From NCBI GenBank assembly GCA_045106895.1, contig JBGCFM010000221.1, forward strand, positions 1 through 19,125: a DNA stretch of 19,125 bases. Direction: 5' to 3'. Source of the stretch: Polyangiales bacterium. GTDB lineage: Bacteria; Myxococcota_A; Polyangia; Polyangiales; Houyiibacteriaceae. Positions 1 through 8,681 of the stretch are shown here, one piece after another (within the stretch, counting starts at the first letter, position 1; every line of letters starts with the position of its first letter). Made by a program: the position numbers and the translations under genes. The notes under the pieces are model-generated. The model saw only the letters and a list, made by a program, of their open reading frames with translations, was not told the DNA's origin and did no database searches.

Positions 1-1
1 C

Positions 2-946
2 TTCTCCCATCTCATCGTCGCGTCCGAGGCATTGCTCCTGGCAGGCACGAGCGTCGGCACTTGCGTGGGTCTGGGGAGTCACACCATCGCTGTGCCTCCC
101 ATCTTGCGCTTCGGCACGCCGGAACAAATCGACACCTTCGCCCGACCGGTGATCAGCGGGGACAAAATCGCCGCCCTCGCCATCACGGAGCCCGGCGGCG
201 GCTCCGACGTCGCCTCGCTCCTCACACACGCCAAACGGGACGGCGACCACTACGTGGTCAACGGACAGAAGACCTTCATCACCTCGGGCTGCCGCGCCGA
301 CTTCTGCGTCACCGCCGTTCGCACGGGCGGCAAAGGACATGGGGGAATCTCGCTACTGATCATCGAGAGCGACACGCCTGGATTCGACGTCTCACGCAAG
401 CTCGACAAGATGGGCTGGTGGGCGTCGGACACGGCGGAGATTTTCTTCGACGAATGCCGAGTGCCCGCCTCCAACCTCTTGGGCCATGAAAACGCCGGCT
501 TCATTCCGATCATGACCAACTTCGTGTCGGAGCGCCTGCTCATCGCGGGGCAGTGCGTCGCCATCGCCGAGCTCGCCTACCAGGAGTCATGCCGGTACGC
601 GAAAGAGCGGCGTGCGTTTGGCAAGACCCTCATGGGGTTTCAGGTCACCCGGCACAAGCTCGCAGACATGATGACGAAGCTGGCGACGGCACGCGCGATG
701 ACCAGCGTCTGCGTGGAAGCGCATCTCAAAGGGGAGTGCACGCCCGCGTCGGCGGCGATGGCAAAGAACGCAGCCACAGACATGTGCATCGCCGTGTGTG
801 ACGCCGCCGTGCAGATTCACGGCGGCTACGGTTACATGCGCGAGTACATCGTCGAGCGCCTCTATCGCGACGCGCGCCTCTATCCCATCGGTGGCGGCAC
901 GCGAGAGATCATGAACGAGCTCATCGCGAAGGCCGAGGGCTACTAG
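2..946 (+). CDS. Acyl-CoA dehydrogenase (5' truncated by window edge)
   Basis: Frame open from base 2 (FSHLIVASEALL...). Motifs ALAITEPGGGSD, VNGQKTFITSG, QIHGGYGYM, YRDARLYPIGGGTREIM. Gly at the MCAD catalytic position (IGGGT) and Glu in FVSERL indicate an LCAD/IVD-type catalytic arrangement. Confidence 0.95.
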   Translation, partial: FSHLIVASEALLLAGTSVGTCVGLGSHTIAVPPILRFGTPEQIDTFARPVISGDKIAALAITEPGGGSDVASLLTHAKRDGDHYVVNGQKTFITSGCRADFCVTAVRTGGKGHGGISLLIIESDTPGFDVSRKLDKMGWWASDTAEIFFDECRVPASNLLGHENAGFIPIMTNFVSERLLIAGQCVAIAELAYQESCRYAKERRAFGKTLMGFQVTRHKLADMMTKLATARAMTSVCVEAHLKGECTPASAAMAKNAATDMCIAVCDAAVQIHGGYGYMREYIVERLYRDARLYPIGGGTREIMNELIAKAEGY

Positions 947-995
947 TACTCCATCTCAGAAGAGTAGCCTCGGCTCTTCGCACGCACTGCCCGCC

Positions 996-2828
996 TTAGA
1001 ACGCCTCCGGCTCCCCGTCCCCTTCGGTGTCGGGGTCCGCGTCCGAGTCATCGGACAAGAGCGGCGGCGCCGTGTAGAAGAACGACGAGATCAGAAGCCC
1101 GCCGAAGAGGACCGTCAGCAGAATGAGCGCGGGGTCGAGCCGCGTCAGCAAACCCGGCATCTCGGGAACCAAAGTGCCTTCCGACTCCGCCGTGAGCTGC
1201 GCGCTGATGGCGGCGTTCGTGAGGCGCAAGAACTTCGAAACCATGGCCCACGCGAAGGCGCCGACGATGGGGAAGAGCGCGGTTCGAACCCAGATATGCC
1301 CCTTGGTGTTGAAGGAATGCTTGGGGTTCTTCTTCGCCGCTTCGACGACTCGGTCGTAGACGAGGAGCATCAGAAGCGACGCGACGCCGATTCCGGTAAA
1401 GACCGCCCACATGCTCTGCGGCGAGTACGCATCCCAGAGAACCTGGCGCACTTCCCACACGTCAAAGCCGCCTCGCTCCATGAGCGTGTCGAGGACGCTG
1501 CCTCGCTCAAGGGCGCTCGCGGCGCTCTCGGAGAAGTCAAAGTGTTCGACAAGGTAGCGGCGCGCGAGGTTCACTTTGTCGCCACCCTTTTCGTACATCT
1601 CGCCGGCGATGACGGAGCCTACGGACCAACCGATGCCCACCGTCATGTTCACGTACCCCATGTAGAGGCCCTGCTTGCCGGGCGGGGCGATGCCGTTGAG
1701 GTATCGCATCTTCGTCGGGCTCGCGAGCATCTCGCCGATGCTGAAGAGCGCGATGGCGCCGAGGATCCACCAGCCGTTCATGCTCATGCCCAGGCCGAAG
1801 ATGGCGACGGCGGACACCGCGATGCCCAAGACAATCGCGGTGAGTGGCCGAATGAACCCGGTGACGTAGCCAAATGCGAACGCCGTCAACATGATCATTC
1901 CAGAGTTGACGTTGATCATCCACGCCTGCGTCATGTTGCCATCTGGCGTCGCCGGGATGTCGCCACCCAGCGCCGATACGATTGCGCGGGAGTCGATCCA
2001 GTCGTCGATGAAGTTCGGGAGGATGTCGAAGAGCTGGTAGAACATCAGCCAGAAGCCAGCGAAGCACATCGTGAAGAAGAAGAGCCGCGCATCGAGGAGA
2101 CCAAGCACGGACTCCTTCAGAACGGTCAGGGTCGAACGCTCGTCGGTGTTCTCGCGCTTTGGTTCCGCGAACATGAAGAGCGGAATGAAGTTCAGCGCGA
2201 TGCCAACGGCGCAGATGAGGAACACGTATTCCCAGTCGAGGAGCCGCAGGTACCCAGCGATCATCGGACCGATGAAGCCGCCCCAATTCACCATTTGATA
2301 GAACACGGCCCAGCCCAGCGACGAGGACTTCTTCGGCATCTCGTGGGCGATGAGTCCGTGAAGGCCAGGCTTGAAGACCGCCGTACCGAGGGCGAGGAAC
2401 ATCGCGCCAACGAAGAAGACCCCATAGACGCTGTCGGTCCCCGCAGCGCGGGCCTCCGCCAACGGCATTCCGTCGATCACTCCGCTGAGCCGTATGCAGT
2501 AGCCCATGATGAGGTAGCCAACGATCTTCAGCACCGTCGCGACCGCGATATTCTTCTTGAAGCCGTAGCGGTCGGCGAAGCCGCCGGTGAAGATAGGGAT
2601 GAAGCTCTGGACCACGGCCCACAGCGCGTAGATGCTGCCCTTTTGAACGTGGGTTAGCTCCGGGCCGCCTTCGCTGATGGCGAGGACCATGTAGACCGGC
2701 AAAACGACGCGGACGCCGTAGTAGGCGAAGCGCTCGACGAGCTCCATCCAGTTCGCGATCCAAAAAACGCGCCCAAACGAACGAATCTGTTCAGAGAACG
2801 GAGCTTTGACTTCTTCTTCTTCGGCCAT
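996..2828 (-). CDS. MFS transporter, POT/PTR proton-dependent oligopeptide family
   Basis: ELVERFAYYG matches the ExxERFxYY POT signature. Also GGFADRYG, FYQMVNWG (PTR2-like), GEMLASP and many hydrophobic segments; 610 aa. Confidence 0.9.
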   Translation of the reverse strand: MAEEEEVKAPFSEQIRSFGRVFWIANWMELVERFAYYGVRVVLPVYMVLAISEGGPELTHVQKGSIYALWAVVQSFIPIFTGGFADRYGFKKNIAVATVLKIVGYLIMGYCIRLSGVIDGMPLAEARAAGTDSVYGVFFVGAMFLALGTAVFKPGLHGLIAHEMPKKSSSLGWAVFYQMVNWGGFIGPMIAGYLRLLDWEYVFLICAVGIALNFIPLFMFAEPKRENTDERSTLTVLKESVLGLLDARLFFFTMCFAGFWLMFYQLFDILPNFIDDWIDSRAIVSALGGDIPATPDGNMTQAWMINVNSGMIMLTAFAFGYVTGFIRPLTAIVLGIAVSAVAIFGLGMSMNGWWILGAIALFSIGEMLASPTKMRYLNGIAPPGKQGLYMGYVNMTVGIGWSVGSVIAGEMYEKGGDKVNLARRYLVEHFDFSESAASALERGSVLDTLMERGGFDVWEVRQVLWDAYSPQSMWAVFTGIGVASLLMLLVYDRVVEAAKKNPKHSFNTKGHIWVRTALFPIVGAFAWAMVSKFLRLTNAAISAQLTAESEGTLVPEMPGLLTRLDPALILLTVLFGGLLISSFFYTAPPLLSDDSDADPDTEGDGEPEAF

Positions 2829-2906
2829 GGTGGCGCGAGACTAGTCGCCGCCTCCCGAGGGCGCCAGCCTCACGAAAAAGAACGCTTTCGCTGTGGATTC
2901 CGGCGC

Positions 2907-3311
2907 TCAGCGCTGAAATCGGTCGCGGTGGATGTAGTCGGAGAGCCGCGTCTCGAAGCTATTCGCGCTTGTATAGGTGGTCACGGCGAGGCCAAAGAGC
3001 GTGAGCGCCATCGACGCCATCGCCACGCCGAGGGCCACGACGCGGGTCCCGAGGAGAACATGCGTCGGCCCCGGAGACTGCTCTTGAGTCCACTCTGTCA
3101 AAAGAAGTCGGCACTCGGTGTCGTAGCCATCCATCTCGAAGAGGTCGAGAAATGCGTTCGGCGTTTCGCAGTGCTGATGAACAGTGATCTGGCCGTACTC
3201 GCAAATGGCCTGAGCGTGCTCCAGCTCCATGCGACCGGTCATGCGGACGACGAGGGCACCGGCGGCGGGATTCGCCAATTCCAGCTTGCCCGTCTCGGTT
3301 TTCACCACCAT
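2907..3311 (-). CDS. Hypothetical protein, STAS/SpoIIAA-like small protein (134 aa)
   Basis: ATG at 3311 preferred over 3413, which would overlap the divergent GST start. Pattern VVRMTGRME...FLDLFEMDGYD...R...W...HVL...VALGVAMA resembles myxobacterial STAS/SEC14-like paralogs (recognition by eye). Confidence 0.6.
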   Translation of the reverse strand: MVVKTETGKLELANPAAGALVVRMTGRMELEHAQAICEYGQITVHQHCETPNAFLDLFEMDGYDTECRLLLTEWTQEQSPGPTHVLLGTRVVALGVAMASMALTLFGLAVTTYTSANSFETRLSDYIHRDRFQR

Positions 3312-3400
3312 GGGATCTTGCAGCACGGTCTCGAGGATATCACGGCGCTTCCGGTTTTGTCGGTGCTTGCGCGCCCTGCTCGGACCCACTAGGAGCCGGC

Positions 3401-4096
3401 ATGACCACGACACTCTACCAGTTTGCGCTGTGTCCTTTCTGTAACAAGGTTCGCACGGGATTGCAGATCAAGGGGATCCCTTTCGATGAGGTTGAAGTCA
3501 GTCCACGGTCGAAGGTGGAACTCCCTCCGCTTCCCGAGGGCGCGCCCCAGAAAGTACCCGTGCTCACATACAACGGCGAGGTCGTCTGGGATTCAACCCG
3601 CATCCTTGCTTTCCTGGACGAGAAGTACCCGGACACACAGCGCTTCACACCCACCGACGACACCAAGCGCGAGCGCTCCGCCGCCATCGAAGAGTGGGTC
3701 GACGAGGTGATGATTCAGTCACTCCCGACGGTGCTCTACGGAACATGGCGCGAGGCCGCCCAGGCATCGAAGATCATCGCGAAGAGCAGCCGCTTCAGCG
3801 CCGGCGCGGGCATGATGGTCAAGGTCGGCGGACCGATGATCATGCACGCCGTCGCCAAACGAATCTTGAAGCGAAACGGCAAAACAGACGCCCACGGCTG
3901 GGTCAGCGAAAACCTCGACCACTTCGAGGGCGAACTCGGCGAGCAGAACTTCGTGTGCGGCGACGAGCTGAGCGTCGGAGATGTCGCGATGCATGGCGCC
4001 TTGACCTGCATCAAGCTCTTCCCGGTCTTCGAAGACGTCATCTCTCGGCCAAAGCTCTACGCCTGGTACCAGCGCGTCGACGCCCTCAAGGCCTGA
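3401..4096 (+). CDS. Glutathione S-transferase/glutaredoxin-fold protein, prostaglandin E synthase 2 (mPGES-2)-like
   Basis: AGGAG RBS at 3391-3395. LYQFALCPFCNKVR (CPFC), KVPVL cis-Pro motif, DSTRI, and GST-C helix LSVGDVAMHG...WYQRV. Confidence 0.88.
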   Translation: MTTTLYQFALCPFCNKVRTGLQIKGIPFDEVEVSPRSKVELPPLPEGAPQKVPVLTYNGEVVWDSTRILAFLDEKYPDTQRFTPTDDTKRERSAAIEEWVDEVMIQSLPTVLYGTWREAAQASKIIAKSSRFSAGAGMMVKVGGPMIMHAVAKRILKRNGKTDAHGWVSENLDHFEGELGEQNFVCGDELSVGDVAMHGALTCIKLFPVFEDVISRPKLYAWYQRVDALKA

Positions 4097-4144
4097 ACGC
4101 GCCCGCGCTTTGACGGCCTGGTGCGGGACTGGCAAGTCCAAGTC

Positions 4145-5244
4145 ATGCGCACGAACGCACTGATCCTCGCGCTGTCCTGCTGCGTCGCTTGCTCGGACAG
4201 CCCCGAAGACGGTGAGAGTCCGCCGCAGCCTGCCGCGACAGCCCCTGGCCCGAGCGCCTCGCTGCCTTCCCCCGCTGAACGCGAGCCCGCCGACACCGAA
4301 GGCGCGGAGGCCGAAGCAAGCGCCGGGGAGAGCGCTCCAGAGGCTCCCCGTCCCCCACCCGTCCTCTTCGGTGACGTCCACCAAATCGAGGGCCTGGAGG
4401 AGAACGCAGACGCCGCGGAGCTTCCCTACACTTTGCTCGCGAAGCTCCCCCTCAGTCGCAGCCAACTTCGGCGGCCGTGGGCCGCGTCATGGTTCACAGC
4501 GGCTATTGGATCATCCGTGTCATTCGGGAGCTCCCCTCTCCATTCGAACGTGTGAGCATCATCGGCGGCGGCGAAGTCTGCGAGGGACGCGTCGTCAGAG
4601 CGCGCGAGCTTCACGCCCTCGAGGCTCTCCACGGACAGAGCGGACAAACGCCGCGCAGCTGGACCTTCCTCGGCCTTGAGTTCTCGGGGTGTGATGGCGG
4701 CAATCTCGGCGTCGCAGGGACTGCTGTCCGGGCGCACGACCTCCGAAGACAGAATATGCGGACGCCGGCGACAGCGGAGCTCATCTCATTGGTGCGGCCG
4801 TACGACGACGACCTTTGGGAGGCTCCGATCCCCAGCGACGAGTTCCGTATGCTTCGCTTTCCCCACCGCGGCATCACCGTGGTCGCGGGGTCCAGCGCAT
4901 GGGTTGTGCGCGGCGGCGAAGTCCTGGACGAACGATTCCACGGCTTCCCCGTCGTCCTCGTCGAAGCCGGCTCGGAGACGTTCTTTGAGATGAGCGCCCC
5001 CAGCGAGAGTTGGGCCGCATCTCTGGACGACTTCCTCCCTCCCTCTGCTTCCTGCGTCGTCGCCGACACGTCCGGGACGCCGCTGAACGTTCGAGACTCG
5101 CCAGGGTCTCGCACGGTCATCGACACCCTAGAGAACGACACGCCTGTCCGCGTCGTAGAGTCCCGCGGGGCGTGGCGACGCCTCGAGGACCGTGGCCAGG
5201 CGTGGGTTCACCAGAGCGGACTTCGTTGCCGCCAACCCGGCTGA
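4145..5244 (+). pseudogene. Frameshifted lipoprotein with C-terminal bacterial SH3-like domain (true pseudogene or sequencing indel)
   Basis: Signal peptide and lipobox MRTNALILALSCCVA-C in frame 2 (stops at 4555). Coding-like sequence continues in frame 1 from ~4470 to TGA 5244, ending in PLNVRDSPG...IDTLENDTPVRVVESRGAWRRL...AWVH (SH3b-like). Frame switch at about 4447-4481. Confidence 0.7.
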
Positions 5245-5340
5245 CACAATGGGGCGTGCGTAGGCTGCGAGACGACAGGGAGTCACGAACACGCACGTCG
5301 ATAGATGGGCTCTCTTCAGCAAATACATGCCGCACTCGGG

Positions 5341-5356
5341 TGGCACGTACGTTGCG
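5341..5356 (+). promoter_or_regulatory. Sigma54 (-24/-12) promoter
   Basis: TGGCACG-TACG-TTGCG matches TGGCACG-N4-TTGC with exact GG-N10-GC spacing. It is intergenic and 14 nt before ATG 5371. Confidence 0.75.
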
Positions 5357-5370
5357 TAAATCGCGGGTCT

Positions 5371-6396
5371 ATGGACGACGAACTTCGACGCGCGCGCACT
5401 CAAGGTGCGCTTCTTGGGGGTGCCGTCGGCGACGCCTTGGGGCTCCCCTTCGAGGGCCTCGATGAGCGGCTCGTCTCTCACTTGCCGCTGAAGCGCTTCA
5501 CGCTCTTCGGTCGAACCGGGTTTGTATCCGACGACACCGAGCAGAGCGCGCTCATCGCTCAGGCCTTCGCGCATCACCCTCGGAGCGACGCTCGTCTACT
5601 TCGTGCTGTCCGACGCTCCATCGTCGCTTGGTTTCTGCGGCTTCCCTTCGGCATTGGCTTCGGCACCATGCGCGCGTGCCTGCGAATGGCCTTAGGCGTT
5701 CCGCGGCCAGGAGTACGCTCGGCGGGAAACGGTGCCGCCATGCGCGCCGGCATCCTTGGCGTCTGCCTCGCGTTCGAATCGGAACGTCGACGCTCCCTCG
5801 GCCGGCAGGTCGCGCAGCTGACCCATACGGACCCTCGCGCCGTCGAAGGCGCGCTCTTCGTTGCCGAGGTCGCCGCAGGCGCTCTCCGCGGAGGTCCGTC
5901 GACGTCGCCAACTCTTGTCCTGAAGGAGGCCGCCTCCGTGTTGACGGAGCCCACCCTGCAGCGGGCCGTGCACAAGGGACTCGACGCAGCAAAGCAGGGC
6001 CTTCCGCTCCCTGAGGCCGCCACGAAACTCGGCACCAGCGGATTCATCGTTCACTCGCTCGCCGCGACGACCTACTGCTTCGCGCGACGGCCATGTTCAC
6101 CCTTCGAATCGATCCGCGACGCGATACGAATGGGAGGAGACACGGACTCACACGCGGCCATCGTCGGCGGATGGGTCGGGGCGATGCATGGCAGCGAGGT
6201 GTTTCCGAGCGAGCTGGTGGAAGCCTTGCACGACGGCCCCTTTGGGCCCTCCCACCTGCGCCGTCTTGGCGACGCCATCGCACGTGGAACTCCGCCGCCG
6301 GCCTGGTCCTGGCTTGCCGCGCTTGTACGAAATCTCGCGCTCTTTCCGGTGATCCTCGTCCATGGCTTCGCGCACCTTGGACGCCGTAGGCGCTAA
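5371..6396 (+). CDS. ADP-ribosylglycohydrolase (DraG/ARH family)
   Basis: GALLGGAVGDALG, SDDTEQ, GNGAAMR, THTDP, GGDTDS metal-binding motifs. Start placed at ATG 5371 (domain begins immediately; sigma54 site lies inside the longer 5305 ORF). Confidence 0.92.
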   Translation: MDDELRRARTQGALLGGAVGDALGLPFEGLDERLVSHLPLKRFTLFGRTGFVSDDTEQSALIAQAFAHHPRSDARLLRAVRRSIVAWFLRLPFGIGFGTMRACLRMALGVPRPGVRSAGNGAAMRAGILGVCLAFESERRRSLGRQVAQLTHTDPRAVEGALFVAEVAAGALRGGPSTSPTLVLKEAASVLTEPTLQRAVHKGLDAAKQGLPLPEAATKLGTSGFIVHSLAATTYCFARRPCSPFESIRDAIRMGGDTDSHAAIVGGWVGAMHGSEVFPSELVEALHDGPFGPSHLRRLGDAIARGTPPPAWSWLAALVRNLALFPVILVHGFAHLGRRRR

Positions 6397-6643
6397 GGCT
6401 CGCTCATCGCGACGAGGGCTCGTGCTGCGCAGCGGAGGACGCATGTCGGTGAAGCGATACAAACCTGGCGGCGACGACGACGCATTAGAACACGACCCCA
6501 GCGACGGTGATGAGTTCGACGCAAGGCATGCGCACAACGCTACTCGTTCACCAGAACGGGGGTCGAATCTTGTGCGGCGAAGCCTGAAAAAGCCACTCAT
6601 CGCCGCACATCGTCTTTTGCAACGCGCTACACTTCGACGCTCG

Positions 6644-8614
6644 GTGACTGCTCATTCCCCGCCATCTATCGCCGCCGTGATCGCGGCGCTCGTCGAATCC
6701 ACGGGAGACTTGGTTCTCGTCGCCGACTGGAGCACTGCTCGCTTCGTCGACGCCAACGACGCCGCGCTATCGCGACTCGGATACACCAAGGCTGAACTTC
6801 AGCAGCTGAGCGGCGGCGACCTCAGTCAGTTCCCTCGCGAAGAGCACCGGCGTTTCAGCCAGGAACTCATCGAGCTCGGAGAGACCAAGATCAGCGCGGT
6901 CCCTATTCGCTGCAAGGACGGGTCCCTGCTTCATATGGATCTATGGGCACGCAAGTTCGACCACGACGGAAAGACCTACAACGCAACGCTCATACGCGAC
7001 CCCTCGGCGGCCCCCGTTTCAGAGCATCGTTTTCGCGTCGCCGACACGCGCCTTCAACAGTCCGAGGCGTTTTATCGCGGCGTTGTCCAATGCACCGAGG
7101 ACGCCGTTGTTGTGTGCGACCAGGAAAGCGGCGAGTGCGTAGAGGCCAACCCCGCGGCGTGCCGGCTTTTTCAGTACACCACCGCCGAGTTCAAGGCCGT
7201 TCCGCGCGAGGCGCTCTTTGCAGACTCCGCCCCGCGGAATGTCCAAGATGCCACAGGCGAAAGGGGCCAAGCGAGGACCTGTGAGACGTGGTTGCTCCGA
7301 AAAGATGGAACCTCCTTCGTTGCCGATATGATGCAGAACTCCTTCGAGAACGGAGGTCGCCGTCGCCTCGTCATGATCATTCGCGACATCAGCGACAAGG
7401 AGCGACAGCGACTGCAGTTGGAGCGTTCACAGCGCCTGGCTTCCGTCGGCGAGATCGCCGCGGGCGTCGCCCACGAGATCAACAACCCGGCCGCGTTCAT
7501 TCAGATGAACAACGAGATCATCTCGGCACAGATCGATGAACTCGCTGCGTTTTATGCATCGGGCCAGGAACTCATCGAAGCGGAGGTCGATCCGGCGAGG
7601 CGCCGCGCCCTTGAGGCGTTGTTTGCGAAAGCTCCGGACCTCGCGGCCATCTACACGACGGCGAGCGACAACCGCGAGGGAGTCGAGCGAATTCGCGCCG
7701 TCAGCCGTGACCTCCGACTCTTTGCCAGAACTGAAGAACACGCGGTCGTCGAAGAGAACCTCAACGCGATTGTTCACGGCGCGCTCAAGATGCTCGGCAA
7801 TGAAGTTCGGCACCGCGCGACGGTGACCCTCGACCTCGCTGACGACCTCCCCCCCTTCCCCGCTTGGAGCGGCAAGTTCTCGCAAGTGGCCACAAACCTG
7901 CTTCTCAACGCGGTGCAATCCATCACCGAAGGCAACGCCGAGGCGAACGAGATACGTGTCCGGACGAGCCGCGAAGCGGACGAGCTCATTCTGTCCGTGG
8001 AAGACACCGGCGGCGGCATCGACGAGGAGACGATGACCCACGTCTTCGAGCCTTTCTTCACGACCAAACCGGCGGAGTTCGGAACCGGATTGGGACTACC
8101 GCTTTGCGCAAAAATCGTGGCAGATCACGGCGGCCGAATCGTGGTCGCCAGCACGTTGGGCGAAGGCAGCTGTTTCCGCGTCCACATTCCTTTGGACAAC
8201 GGGCTCCGCGTCACCATTCCCCCGCCTGCGCCCGTGACAGAGGACACCGCTCCCGGACGAATCCTCGTCATCGACGACGACCCGGGGATGGTCCGTGCGT
8301 ATCGTCGAATGCTCCGTCGTCACGACGCCACTGTCGTCTCCAGCGGCGCAGAGGCCCTGGCGCTATTGGAACAACGAGAGGACTTTGAGCTCGTCCTCTG
8401 CGACCTGATGATGCCAGAGGTCGACGGCCTTGAAGTGTACGCATCACTCATGGCGAGCGCGCCGCACGTCGCGGAGCGACTCGTCTTCTGTACCGGCGGT
8501 GCATTTACGACACGTGCACGGAAGTTCCTCGAAGCCATCGAAAACGAAGTGGTGGAGAAGCCGCTCTCCCACGCGGATGTTGGACGGCTTCTTCGAAACG
8601 TCCGCGCGGACTGA
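6644..8614 (+). CDS. Hybrid sensor histidine kinase: 2 PAS, HisKA, HATPase, receiver
   Basis: PAS motifs DANDAALSRLGY and EANPAACRLFQY; H-box AHEINNP; N-box NLLLNA; DTGGG; FEPFFTTK; GTGLGL; receiver VIDDD...DLMMP...KP. No TM helix seen. Start uncertain: GTG 6644 preferred, ATG 6443 with GGAGG is an alternative. Confidence 0.93.
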   Translation: MTAHSPPSIAAVIAALVESTGDLVLVADWSTARFVDANDAALSRLGYTKAELQQLSGGDLSQFPREEHRRFSQELIELGETKISAVPIRCKDGSLLHMDLWARKFDHDGKTYNATLIRDPSAAPVSEHRFRVADTRLQQSEAFYRGVVQCTEDAVVVCDQESGECVEANPAACRLFQYTTAEFKAVPREALFADSAPRNVQDATGERGQARTCETWLLRKDGTSFVADMMQNSFENGGRRRLVMIIRDISDKERQRLQLERSQRLASVGEIAAGVAHEINNPAAFIQMNNEIISAQIDELAAFYASGQELIEAEVDPARRRALEALFAKAPDLAAIYTTASDNREGVERIRAVSRDLRLFARTEEHAVVEENLNAIVHGALKMLGNEVRHRATVTLDLADDLPPFPAWSGKFSQVATNLLLNAVQSITEGNAEANEIRVRTSREADELILSVEDTGGGIDEETMTHVFEPFFTTKPAEFGTGLGLPLCAKIVADHGGRIVVASTLGEGSCFRVHIPLDNGLRVTIPPPAPVTEDTAPGRILVIDDDPGMVRAYRRMLRRHDATVVSSGAEALALLEQREDFELVLCDLMMPEVDGLEVYASLMASAPHVAERLVFCTGGAFTTRARKFLEAIENEVVEKPLSHADVGRLLRNVRAD

Positions 8615-8681
8615 CGCGGAATTCACGAACGGAGACGAAATCCAAGGGAGAGTCCCGGCAGATTGGCGTAGACAAGGCACT

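Noticed and set aside
1296..2763. Long alternative ORFs 1296-2657 (+) and 1537-2763 (-)
   Set aside because: Shadow frames of the POT transporter, with Arg/His-rich junk composition expected in high-GC DNA.
2875..2895. Minus-strand GC-GAAA-GC followed by T-rich run as a terminator
   Set aside because: Stem of only 2-3 bp is too weak to call.
5371..6396. Naming the gene draG (nitrogenase regulation)
   Set aside because: No draT or nif context in the window; the family is broad.
6362..6643. ORF-track N-terminal extension of the kinase; likewise 5305-5370, 8430-8681, 17069-17125 and 17239-17289
   Set aside because: These overlap neighbouring genes or promoter-like sequence; domains or signal peptides begin at the downstream starts.
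8664..8679. TGGCGTAGACAAGGCA with GG-N10-GC spacing
   Set aside because: Poor -12 element, and the implied TSS would fall inside the CDS starting at 8682.
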